From positions 1 through 64,000 of the forward strand of contig JAYUUN010000113.1 in assembly GCA_043754535.1 (NCBI GenBank): DNA of 64,000 nucleotides. The letters are read 5' to 3'. A program made the position numbers and the translations under genes. Positions 1 to 8,366 of the stretch are shown one piece after another. Below the pieces are notes generated by a model. That model ran no database searches. It was not told the DNA's origin and saw only the letters and a program-made list of their open reading frames with translations. The stretch comes from Chloroflexota bacterium. GTDB lineage: Bacteria; Chloroflexota; Chloroflexia; QHBQ01. The stretch's first letter is position 1. Every line of letters begins with the position of its first letter.

Positions 1-1
1 C

Positions 2-466
2 CACGACCTTCGCCCGCACCGTCTCGTGCTGGTTGAAGCGTTCGATCTCGGCGAAGACGTAGCCGCCCTCGATTACGAAGCTGCGAGCGCGGGCGCGCAA
101 CCACAAATCTACGCCCGCGTTCATCGCCAGGCGGCTAAGATAGCGATCAAAGCGTTTGCGGTCTACGACGTAGCCCAGTGGCTGGTGGCGGCCATAGCTG
201 CGGTAGTCTAGCCGCATCTGCTCCCCAGCCGCCGCATAGGTGACGAAGCCGTAGACCGGAGCCAGGATGTACTCCTCGTCTACTGGCACCAGGCCATCGT
301 CCAGTGCGTGTTCACTTAGTGCGCCCGAACACTCCACGGGAGTGCCAAGCTCGCTCTTTTTGTCTACGATCAACACCCGCAGCCCGGCCTCGGCAGCAAA
401 GCGAGCGGTCGTCGCCCCCGCTGGCCCAGAGCCAACCACCAGTACATCCACCTCATGGGTCGCCAT
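2..466 (-). CDS. Geranylgeranyl reductase family FAD-dependent oxidoreductase (DGGGPL-reductase-like), N-terminal part; runs off the window edge
   Basis: Not in the ORF track; translated by hand: MATHEVDVLVVGSGPAGATTARFAAEAGLRVLIVDKKSELGTPVECSGA...GYVVDRKRFDRYL. It has the GxGxxG FAD motif, a PxxC motif and a DRxxFD motif. GGAGG RBS upstream. Confidence 0.85.
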   Translation of the reverse strand, partial: MATHEVDVLVVGSGPAGATTARFAAEAGLRVLIVDKKSELGTPVECSGALSEHALDDGLVPVDEEYILAPVYGFVTYAAAGEQMRLDYRSYGRHQPLGYVVDRKRFDRYLSRLAMNAGVDLWLRARARSFVIEGGYVFAEIERFNQHETVRAKVV

Positions 467-535
467 CCTACTAGCCTCCACTTCCAGGACCACCATCTTC
501 TTCAGAGCTTCTACAGATACTACGTAGCTGTGAAC

Positions 536-564
536 AGTATAGTTCGCTAGCTAACCACTGTCAA
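536..564 (-). promoter_or_regulatory. sigma70-type promoter for the GGR-family gene
   Basis: TTGACA-17 bp-TATACT on the minus strand. Confidence 0.8.
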
Positions 565-584
565 CCGCCTGTCGAAGCCCAGTG

Positions 585-1985
585 TTAGCATGGCTGGTGC
601 AGGCGGATCGTCTCGCCAGCGTAGACGCGCTCAATGGTGGGGGCGGGCGGCGCACTGATGTTGGCGAACGCAAGCTCTAGCCCCCTACCGTCGCGTTGCG
701 GGCGTAGGGTGAGGTGCAAGGCGTGGGCGGCTGCGTCGTAGTAGGCCTCGGTGACGACAACCGCCTCTGGGCCGACGGCTGCTCCCGCCAGTTGCATTGC
801 AGCCAGGTGGGGCTGGCTGAAGCGGGCGGGGTCGTAGGCGGCCAGGATAGCTTGCGACCAGCCAGCCCCCTGTGGCCCCGCGACACTGCCGAGGGCGAAC
901 AGGCTGGTGGCGTAGAGGGTACGTGGTGCAGCCCAGCAAGCGGTCTCCCCCCCACGCTGCTCCAACTGCCAGTGGGCGCGGGCGTAGTCGTGCAGGCTGA
1001 CCGCAGTGGTGGGGTCGCCAAACTCGCGGGCGGCGATGTAGGCAAAGCCGCTGTTCACTGCCCTGTCGCTAATCTCCAGCCCCTCGGTAGCTGGGCCACT
1101 GGGCAGGTAGCGGCCCTGTGGGGTGCGCCGCGTTGCTTTGCGGATGCGCGGGTAGAGTTCCAACCCCACGCTGGGCGAAAACGGCCTGAGCAGCCCCACC
1201 CCCCAGGCATCAGTGAAGTTGAAAGCAATCGGGGTCGAAATCTTCATCTCCTTCATGTAGCAGACGCAGAGTACGCCGTGCTTCATCGTTGGGAACCAGC
1301 CCAGCCGCATATGCTCCTGCGACCAGGCCAGCCACTCTGCGTTGACGGCGGCGTAGCCAGTGCCGTAGAGTTGGTCGTGCAGCACATTACTCGCCATTGC
1401 ATGGTTGTTGCAGGCGATGTAGACGCAGCCCGGTTCGCAAGGCACGCCATGAAAGTCGTTCTCCACCTGCTGGCGGTGGATGGTAGCGGCTATCTCGTGG
1501 TAGTTGTGGCTAAACTCACGCCCGCGCCCATCAGTCAGCGTGAAGTTGTGGTCGCTGAACTGCGGGTCGCCCGTCGTTTTGGCATAGAGGCCGAGCATGG
1601 TAGCGAGGTGGCCGCTGTACTGCACGTTGCCCCAGGCAAGCGGGTCTGGTGACACGCCGAAGTCGGGCGGCAGCGCGTCTGGTACGCCAGCGGTGTGCTG
1701 CCAGAACCGCCAGGTGCGGAAGTCCTGCATCTTGTGGATCGCACCTTGCAGAGCCAGGGCGTAGGGCTGGCGGTAAGCAGGGGTGAGGGTTGCCAGCGCA
1801 GCAACAGCATAGCTGGCGAAGGCGATCTGGTAGCGCAAGGCGAAGTTGGCGTTCTGCGACTGCGGCACGTAGAAGGCGGCCCAGTCATCGCCAGCCAAAG
1901 CGCGATAGAGGTAGCGCAGGTAGCCCCCTTGCTCGTCGCTCATCGTCAGGCCCAGGTTCGTTGTTGCCGCCACTGTAGCTGCCAT
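585..1985 (-). CDS. Linalool dehydratase/isomerase (LinD/Ldi) family protein
   Basis: YQIAFASY, DP...NVQYSGHL and GVPCEPGCVYIACN match the Ldi motifs NIMYKGHL and CEPDNYFVQCN. No signal peptide seen. Extended -10 (TGgTATAAT) at about 2009-2017. Confidence 0.85.
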   Translation of the reverse strand: MAATVAATTNLGLTMSDEQGGYLRYLYRALAGDDWAAFYVPQSQNANFALRYQIAFASYAVAALATLTPAYRQPYALALQGAIHKMQDFRTWRFWQHTAGVPDALPPDFGVSPDPLAWGNVQYSGHLATMLGLYAKTTGDPQFSDHNFTLTDGRGREFSHNYHEIAATIHRQQVENDFHGVPCEPGCVYIACNNHAMASNVLHDQLYGTGYAAVNAEWLAWSQEHMRLGWFPTMKHGVLCVCYMKEMKISTPIAFNFTDAWGVGLLRPFSPSVGLELYPRIRKATRRTPQGRYLPSGPATEGLEISDRAVNSGFAYIAAREFGDPTTAVSLHDYARAHWQLEQRGGETACWAAPRTLYATSLFALGSVAGPQGAGWSQAILAAYDPARFSQPHLAAMQLAGAAVGPEAVVVTEAYYDAAAHALHLTLRPQRDGRGLELAFANISAPPAPTIERVYAGETIRLHQPC

Positions 1986-2030
1986 ATCTCTAACCCCCTT
2001 GCCCTGTAATTATACCACCTGAGAGGAGCA

Positions 2031-2747
2031 GTGATGACCAAGCGCAGCATCCGCGCCCGCCTCCGCCAAGCCGCATTCGAGGCTCTCTACTACCAGTTCG
2101 CCTGGGCCTACGACTGGGTGAGCCGCACCTTCTTCCGCGGCCAATGGCGGCGGTGGCAGCTTGCCGCCCTACCCCACCTGCACGGGCGGCGGGTGCTAGA
2201 ACTCGGCCCTGGCACTGGGCGGCTGCTGGCGCGGCTAGCGATTGACGGCTACTATGTGGTTGGCCTCGAACTCTCGCCCGCCATGCTGGGCCAGAGCGTG
2301 CGGCGGCTGCGGCGGCTGACGACAGTGCAGCGCAGCCGCGTGGCTCTAGTGCGCGGCAGTGGCCTGACCATCCCCCTGCGAAACGGCAGCATGGACAGCA
2401 TCCTTGCTACCTTCCCCAGCGACTACATCAGCGCACCCGCCACCCTGCGCGAAGTTGAGCGCGTGCTAGCGGCTGGTGGCAGGCTGGTGCTGGTGCCAGG
2501 CGGCCTGCTGCTGCCCAGCAACGCACCCGCCCGCTTGCTCAACCAGGTGGGTGGCATAGTCTATGGTGACCAATCGCCCAGTGCTTCGTTCAGCCGCAAG
2601 TTGGCGGCGCAACTGACCACCCTCGGCTTCAGCGTGCGTCACGAGCAGTGGCGCAACACCCAGGGGGTCGCCTTCATCCTCGTGGCAGAGAAGCAGTGGA
2701 TCGCCCCTTGCTTACCAGGTACGATGGTGAAGTTTAGCGTGGGTTGA
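2031..2747 (+). CDS. Class I SAM-dependent methyltransferase (UbiE/Methyltransf_11-like)
   Basis: VLELGPGTG motif I, GLELSPAML, RVLAAGGRLV; GAGGAG RBS. Confidence 0.85.
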   Translation: MMTKRSIRARLRQAAFEALYYQFAWAYDWVSRTFFRGQWRRWQLAALPHLHGRRVLELGPGTGRLLARLAIDGYYVVGLELSPAMLGQSVRRLRRLTTVQRSRVALVRGSGLTIPLRNGSMDSILATFPSDYISAPATLREVERVLAAGGRLVLVPGGLLLPSNAPARLLNQVGGIVYGDQSPSASFSRKLAAQLTTLGFSVRHEQWRNTQGVAFILVAEKQWIAPCLPGTMVKFSVG

Positions 2748-3312
2748 AGCTGACGCTCGTCGCAGCAGTGCGTCCGTCACTAGTGGTCAGTTGCACGTCA
2801 ACCCGCACCGCCTGCCCCTCGGTTGCTTTGCCGATGCGCCGTACACAAGTGGCTACCCCCTCTGCGTCGGTGTCAGCAACGCAGGTAGGCTTTACCGTCC
2901 TGTAATTCCAGGTGGCGACCATGTGTGCGCCTGCAATCGGCTTACCAGCCTCGGTCAGGCGCGCAGTAAGCGTGACTTCAGAGCCAGTCTCTGGGTTGTA
3001 GTCGCTAATGCTAGCCTCGGCCCTGAGCGTGCCGGCAGCCGCCGCATCTTGTGGAGCGTCGTGTGAGGCTGCTGGGCTGCCAGCGGGCAAGTCCAGGCTG
3101 GCGGCAGGCTGAGTGGCCGCCAGGGGCTGGCGCAGGGGTATCTCGATAGCCTCGTCGTCCATCAACTCGTCATCATCTTCTTCCTGGAGCAGCCAGGCCA
3201 GGGCGGCCAGGAAGCCGAGCAGCAGGCCCAGCAACCAGCCACCAAGCGGGGCGAACAGGAACCTGCGCCGCCACCAGGGTTGCTTGTCAAAATGTCGCAT
3301 TGGGCGATTCAT
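2734..3312 (-). CDS. Membrane-anchored hypothetical protein with acidic linker and C-terminal Ig-like domain
   Basis: N-terminal hydrophobic helix, EEDDDE run, beta-rich C-terminus with a Cys pair (C..TDAEGVATC). Promoter TTGTCT-17-TATAAT upstream. Confidence 0.6.
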   Translation of the reverse strand: MNRPMRHFDKQPWWRRRFLFAPLGGWLLGLLLGFLAALAWLLQEEDDDELMDDEAIEIPLRQPLAATQPAASLDLPAGSPAASHDAPQDAAAAGTLRAEASISDYNPETGSEVTLTARLTEAGKPIAGAHMVATWNYRTVKPTCVADTDAEGVATCVRRIGKATEGQAVRVDVQLTTSDGRTAATSVSFNPR

Positions 3313-3455
3313 CCTTCCTAAAAGTCCTTTTGCACAGGCCGATTATAGCAGAGTGGCAGGCTCTAGACAAGCAGCCACTTACTTGAAAGCGCGGCGGTGG
3401 ATGTGTTAGAATAAACGGCAACAGCAAAGCGGGCTGCCAGAGAAGGAATTGCGCG

Positions 3456-3863
3456 ATGGGCGACAACAACCAGCCAAAAGATGAAACCACCCTTCTGGCC
3501 GAGCGGCTCCAGGCTGTGCGCCGCGAGGTGTTGACCCAGGTTCTTGCCCACCCACCGAGCAAGCCCGTGCCAGAGGAGGTGCGCCGCCACAGCGCGATGT
3601 ACCTGCGCCGCTTCTACGATGCCTTCGCCGACTTCATCCTCACCAACAAGATTGAGCAGTTCAAAGCCCGCCGCGAACCAATGCGGCGGGCGATGCTAGA
3701 GGCGGGACTGCCAAGCGAGGTGGCGATTGAGATGGACAAGGTCGTGGCCGCCGAACTGGTGCGCCAACTACCCGACTACGCAGGTACCATCCTGGATCGG
3801 ACGTTCCGTTCGCAGATGACGGTGGTGGAGACTAACATCAAGCGGTTTTTGGATCGCACCTAG
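3456..3863 (+). CDS. Hypothetical all-helical protein (possibly non-heme globin-like)
   Basis: 135-aa ORF with RBS and promoter TTGAAA-18-TAGAAT (3383-3412). The fold is inferred from the amphipathic helix pattern only. Confidence 0.55.
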   Translation: MGDNNQPKDETTLLAERLQAVRREVLTQVLAHPPSKPVPEEVRRHSAMYLRRFYDAFADFILTNKIEQFKARREPMRRAMLEAGLPSEVAIEMDKVVAAELVRQLPDYAGTILDRTFRSQMTVVETNIKRFLDRT

Positions 3864-3864
3864 C

Positions 3865-4392
3865 CTACTGCGCAGGGGCAGGCAGCGAGCGTTGGAAGTC
3901 GTCGCATACGCTCTGACGGGTGGCAGCGTAGAAGACATAGACCGTATCGCCTACTGCATTGTAGGAGTAGTTGGTGCTACAGGGGCTAAATGCTGATTCG
4001 GTAGTTCCCCCGCGCAGTGCGCAACTGAGCAGTACGTCGGGGCGGCTCAACATATTCTTGGAGGCGAGCAGGATTACCCCCGCCGAGGTGGGGTCGCTCT
4101 GCGCTGAGTAGAGACTCCAGCGGATCGTGCCAGTGTCGCTGGCGCAGCCGCCCAGCCGCCCAGCCACGTTCGCCAGGGCTGCAAAGCGCAAGTCCCTACC
4201 GATCAGCACTGACAGTGCGCCGCCGCCGCCCAACACTGCGTTGAGCGCATCCTTGCCGTTCTGCTGGTTGTAGCCCGCTATGGTCGGCGGCGTGACATCG
4301 GCACCGCCTGGCGCATCGCAGGCGGCCAAAGCGAATAGCAGAGCCAGCAGCAGTCCAGCCCGGCTTGGGTGACGGATGAGGGAAGCAAACAT
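3865..4392 (-). CDS. Hypothetical lipoprotein
   Basis: ATG at 4392 with AAAGGAG RBS; lipobox LAAC; four additional Cys. Confidence 0.7.
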   Translation of the reverse strand: MFASLIRHPSRAGLLLALLFALAACDAPGGADVTPPTIAGYNQQNGKDALNAVLGGGGALSVLIGRDLRFAALANVAGRLGGCASDTGTIRWSLYSAQSDPTSAGVILLASKNMLSRPDVLLSCALRGGTTESAFSPCSTNYSYNAVGDTVYVFYAATRQSVCDDFQRSLPAPAQ

Positions 4393-4464
4393 CTTGCGCT
4401 CCTTTCTAGCTTGCAGCAGGCGCACGGTTGCGCCCTGGCTATTCTACCACACGGCGGCTGGCAG

Positions 4465-4504
4465 CAAGAAGCCCCGGCATTGCTGCTGGGGCTGCGGCTT
4501 CTTG
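4465..4504 (-). terminator. Hairpin/terminator after the tRNA pair
   Basis: AGCCCCAGCA-gcaa-TGCCGGGGCT followed by TCTT on the minus strand. Confidence 0.6.
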
Positions 4505-4579
4505 GTAGCGCATAGGGGATTCGAACCCCTGATCTCCTCCTTGAAAGGGAGGCGTCCTGGGCCTCTAGACGAATGCGCC
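4503..4579 (-). tRNA. tRNA-Glu(TTC)
   Basis: GGCGCAT acceptor stem, anticodon arm CCTCC-CT-TTC-AA-GGAGG, T-loop GGTTCGAATCC, encoded CCA. Confidence 0.97.
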
Positions 4580-4598
4580 GTGGGACCACACCTATGGG

Positions 4599-4672
4599 TG
4601 AGCGAGCCTGGACTCGAACCAGGGACCTCAGTCTTATCAGGACTGCGCTCTAACCAGCTGAGCTACACGCCC
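4599..4672 (-). tRNA. tRNA-Ile(GAT)
   Basis: TAGCTCAGCTGGTTAGAGC D-arm, anticodon arm CAGTC-CT-GAT-AA-GACTG, GGTTCGAGTCC T-arm; CCA not encoded. Confidence 0.96.
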
Positions 4673-4685
4673 ATCGTGCCTGTAC

Positions 4686-4737
4686 ATTATAAGCCTTGCA
4701 ACCAGATTTGTCAAGAGCGGGGCTAAACCGTTATAAT
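4686..4737. promoter_or_regulatory. Back-to-back sigma70 promoters (tRNA operon and lipoprotein-PPIase operon)
   Basis: Minus strand: perfect TTGACA(4714-4709)-17-TATAAT(4691-4686). Plus strand: TTGTCA(4708)-18-TATAAT(4732). Confidence 0.85.
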
Positions 4738-4807
4738 GGAGCGAACGCGCTTACCCACGCCTGCCGCCCCACCCAAACGAGGGCGATGCCAGAAAGGAAC
4801 CCTTCTT

Positions 4808-6253
4808 TTGAATAGCCGTAAACTGCTTACCCTCCTCTGCCTCCTGCTGATCAGCGTCACGCTGGCTGCTTGTGGCGACTCTGCCACCAACGTGACCCCC
4901 AGCCCGATCACTGCCATCAATACCACTGCGCCCAATGCCACCTCCGTGGGCATTGCCAGCGTTGCGCCTAGCATTGCCAGCACCAGCGTAGCCGCGGTCG
5001 CTGCCACCAAGACGGTGCTGACCCCGACGGGCGTACTCACCCCGGTAGCTGAACTACCGACGGTTGCCCTGCCCACCACCGGCCCGACCAACACGCCGAC
5101 CGCCGACCAGAAGCTGCTGTCGGACGCGGTGAAGAACACTGCGGCCTTGACCAGCTACCACCTGCTGCTGGTCAACTTCAACCGAGGCGACCCCGCCAGC
5201 CCAGCGGTCACTACCACCCTCGAAGGGGATGTAGATGTGACCAACAAGAAGGCTAGCTACGCCTCTAGCAGCGATGGCAAGCCCGGCCCCTCCTACTACC
5301 AGTCTGACCAGCAAGCCTATGAGCAACCAGCGGGCGGCAAGTGGGCGAAGGCACAGAGTGGCCCCGGCTTCAGCGTTCTCGGCAGTGCCTTCAGCGCAAT
5401 CGAAGTCGGCCCTGGCACAGAGGTCAAGAACCTCGGCAGCAGCAAGCTGGACGGCACTGACTACAAGCACCTGCAAAGCCTGACCATCGTGAAGGGCGGC
5501 ATCACAGTCACAGCAGACTACTTGATCGGCAGCAACAACCTGCTCAAGCAGGTGACTGCGATTGGCGCGCAGACGCAGCAGACGGTCACCCGCGAGAGCG
5601 GCTTCACCATCACCCTAAGCAAGCAGAACGAGGCGTTGAAGATCGCTGACGTGGAGTTGCCGCCCACCCCAGCCAAGGTTGCCTACCCTAACGGCGCAGA
5701 GCCGACCGCCGCCCCCGTTCTCACCCCCACCACCAAGCCGCAGCCTGGCCCAGTGTTGATTGATGTGGACAAGGGCATCGCAACCAAGGAGATGAAGATT
5801 TATACCACGAAGGGCTTGATCACCCTCGACCTCTACCCCAACGCTGCGCCAGCGACGGTCAAGAACTACGAGGAGCGCGCCAATCGCGGCGAGTACAATG
5901 GGCGCACCTTCCACCGCGTCGAAGCCTGGGTGGTGCAAGGTAACGACCCGCTTGGCACTGGCAGCGGCGGCGGTGACATCACTACCGAGATCAACAAGAT
6001 ATCCTACACAGTCGGTTCGCTGGGCGTGGCCCGTGCTGCCCTGGACTACAGCAACGACAGCCAGTTCTTCATCACCAAAGCCAGCACCGGCCAGGAAGCT
6101 GACCTCAAGTTCCTCAACGCCCAGATCGGCGCGGACAACAAGCCGACTGGCGGCTATACCCTGTTCGGTCAGGTGACCAGCGGCCAGGATGTGGTAAATA
6201 GCATTGAGATAGGCGACAAGATTTACACTGTCCAGGTAACGGACAAGAAGTAA
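4808..6253 (+). CDS. Lipoprotein with LppX/LprAFG-like central domain and C-terminal cyclophilin-type peptidyl-prolyl isomerase
   Basis: TTG start after AGAAAGGA; lipobox LAAC; Thr/Pro linker; cyclophilin motifs APATVKNY, FHRV, QGNDP, SQFFI, YTLFGQV. The central-domain call is a weaker inference. Confidence 0.8.
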   Translation: MNSRKLLTLLCLLLISVTLAACGDSATNVTPSPITAINTTAPNATSVGIASVAPSIASTSVAAVAATKTVLTPTGVLTPVAELPTVALPTTGPTNTPTADQKLLSDAVKNTAALTSYHLLLVNFNRGDPASPAVTTTLEGDVDVTNKKASYASSSDGKPGPSYYQSDQQAYEQPAGGKWAKAQSGPGFSVLGSAFSAIEVGPGTEVKNLGSSKLDGTDYKHLQSLTIVKGGITVTADYLIGSNNLLKQVTAIGAQTQQTVTRESGFTITLSKQNEALKIADVELPPTPAKVAYPNGAEPTAAPVLTPTTKPQPGPVLIDVDKGIATKEMKIYTTKGLITLDLYPNAAPATVKNYEERANRGEYNGRTFHRVEAWVVQGNDPLGTGSGGGDITTEINKISYTVGSLGVARAALDYSNDSQFFITKASTGQEADLKFLNAQIGADNKPTGGYTLFGQVTSGQDVVNSIEIGDKIYTVQVTDKK

Positions 6254-6260
6254 GGTTTAG

Positions 6261-8366
6261 TTGCTCCCACCGCTGCTCGCCCTGATCTGCATTCCCCTGC
6301 TGCTACTACCAGGGCTGGCGGCCTACAGCCTGCTAGTCGGGCGGCTGGGGCGGCTGGATAGTATGCCATTGCTCACCAGCATCGGCCTCAGCCTCGCGCT
6401 CTGGCCGACGCTTCTACTCTACAGCACCTTGCTGGGGCTGAAGGCGGGGACGTGGTGGGTAGCAGGCTGGCTGCTGCTAAGTGCAACGGTAGTCGCTATG
6501 CGGCGGCGCAGGCTGCACTTCGACAGGCCGGGTGGCACTACAGTGCTGCTCGGCTTCGTTTTGCTGCTCACGCTAGCCCTGCGCCTCTACACCATCCGCG
6601 ACCTGCTCACCCCACTCTACGGCGACTCGGTTCACCACACGATCATCACCCAACTAATCCTCGACCGGGGCGGCGTGCCAGCCGACTACCAGCCCTACAT
6701 TCCCCTGGTCAGCTACACCTACCACTTCGGCTTCCACACCTTCGCCGCCATCGTTGCCTGGTTGACGGGCTACTCTGCCGCCCAGGCTGTGCTGCTCTGG
6801 GGGCAGGTGGTCAACGCCCTGACCGTACTGGGGGCTTTCTACCTGACGGCAGGGCTGCTGGCCGAGGCTCGCTGGGGGAAGATTGCGGGGCTGCTGGCCG
6901 CTGCTGGCACGGGGCTGCTGCTGGGGGTGCCAGCCGCCTACGTCAACTGGGGCCGCTATACCCAACTTGAGGGGCAGGCGGTGCTACCCTTCGCCATGCT
7001 CGCCCTGGCCGTTGCCCTACGCGACTACCGCCGCCTACGCCGCGACTGGCCGCTGGTGCTGGTCAACGCCCTACTAGTCAGTGGGGTATTCTTCAGCCAC
7101 TATCGCGTGCTAATCTTCTACGTGGCCTTCGCGGTCGTGTTCTGGCTGGTGCAGCTTGCCTTCTGGCGGGGAGAGCGACGGCTAGCGGAGCAGTTGCCAG
7201 TGGGGGTCTGGACTCCGCCAGCAGCGGGCGACCCTGCACCACCGCCAGCGGCAGGCGTGCTGCGCAACAGCCAGCGAGCCGCCAGCCGTCCCCCCCTGCA
7301 AGGGATTGGCTCCAAAATCAGCGTGAGCCTGCTGATTGGCGTAGGCAGCCTCGTGCTATCGGCTCCCTGGCTGCTAAATCTGGTTCGCAACTACTTCAGC
7401 GGGCTGCTCAACCGCCTGGGCAGCGTCAGTGAGGACTACTTGCAGAGCTACAATGCAGGCGACTTCCTCGGCCCGCTGGACTGGCCGCAGCGTGCTGCCT
7501 GCCTGCTCGCCCTACTGCTGGCGGCAACCCTCGTTGGGCTGGGCCGCCGCCTACCAGAGCGCAATCTGCACCTTACTGCACTGGCGGCAGGGCTGTGGGT
7601 GGCCGCCCTCTACGTTGTCGCCAACCCACGTCGCTTTGGCCTACCGGGGGCGGGGGCGGTCAACAACTTTGCCGTAGGCATCATGCTCTACATCCCCGCC
7701 AGCTTGCTGCTCGGCTACCTGGGCGGCTACCTGCTCAACGTGGCCGTGCAGACCGGTGAGAGGGTAGCAGGGCGGGGGAGCAGGGTGGTTGATGCAACCC
7801 GCAATGTGCAGTTCCTTACTAGCCTGCTATTCGTCTTCGCCTGCCTGGGAGCAGCCTGGGCTGCCCCGCACGCCCCCGACTTGAGCAGCACCTACGTGGT
7901 GCAGCAGGCTGACCTCGACGCGATCCGCTGGCTGGGCCTGCACACGACGGCAGCGGACAAGGTGTTGATCGCTGCGGTGCCAGCGGGCGAGTTCGCGGGC
8001 CGCTCGGTGGTTGGGGTAGACGCGGGTAGCTGGATACCCCCCCTGGCCCAGCGGCAGGTGAGTGCGCCGACCCTGGTGGCAGGCAGCGAACGGGCGGCAG
8101 ACCCCGCTTTGCAGGCGAAGGTGATGACCCTGACCAAAGCCGCCTGGCCGCTGATGAACAAGCCGCTTACCTACGAGAAGACCGCCAGCAATCACGACCC
8201 CGATGCTGCCACCTACGCCGCACTCAAGGCGGGCGGCATCAGCCACATCTATGCAGCAGCGGGCAGCAACTTTTGGAAGCTCGACTACTTTAAGCTGCAC
8301 CCCGACCACTTCCAGAAGCTGTACGACACAGCCGGGGCGCGGCTCTACCGCGTGCTATACCCATGA
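6261..8366 (+). CDS. Polytopic membrane protein, probable GT-C-type glycosyltransferase
   Basis: Many TM helices; loop motifs GDSVHH, YHFGFH and WGRYTQL; C-terminal soluble domain. Confidence 0.65.
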   Translation: MLPPLLALICIPLLLLPGLAAYSLLVGRLGRLDSMPLLTSIGLSLALWPTLLLYSTLLGLKAGTWWVAGWLLLSATVVAMRRRRLHFDRPGGTTVLLGFVLLLTLALRLYTIRDLLTPLYGDSVHHTIITQLILDRGGVPADYQPYIPLVSYTYHFGFHTFAAIVAWLTGYSAAQAVLLWGQVVNALTVLGAFYLTAGLLAEARWGKIAGLLAAAGTGLLLGVPAAYVNWGRYTQLEGQAVLPFAMLALAVALRDYRRLRRDWPLVLVNALLVSGVFFSHYRVLIFYVAFAVVFWLVQLAFWRGERRLAEQLPVGVWTPPAAGDPAPPPAAGVLRNSQRAASRPPLQGIGSKISVSLLIGVGSLVLSAPWLLNLVRNYFSGLLNRLGSVSEDYLQSYNAGDFLGPLDWPQRAACLLALLLAATLVGLGRRLPERNLHLTALAAGLWVAALYVVANPRRFGLPGAGAVNNFAVGIMLYIPASLLLGYLGGYLLNVAVQTGERVAGRGSRVVDATRNVQFLTSLLFVFACLGAAWAAPHAPDLSSTYVVQQADLDAIRWLGLHTTAADKVLIAAVPAGEFAGRSVVGVDAGSWIPPLAQRQVSAPTLVAGSERAADPALQAKVMTLTKAAWPLMNKPLTYEKTASNHDPDAATYAALKAGGISHIYAAAGSNFWKLDYFKLHPDHFQKLYDTAGARLYRVLYP

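Noticed and set aside
2..466. GGR as bchP, indicating phototrophy
   Set aside because: No photosynthesis genes are nearby and the gene is partial; the visible motifs do not single out BchP.
4503..4672. tRNAs as a possible island integration site
   Set aside because: I saw no integrase, no duplicated tRNA 3' end and no obvious compositional break.
4736..4807. Longest-ORF starts from the track (also 9495, 23133, 48840, 61023, 62184)
   Set aside because: They overlap promoter elements or lack an RBS; downstream starts with better RBS or promoter fit were used instead.
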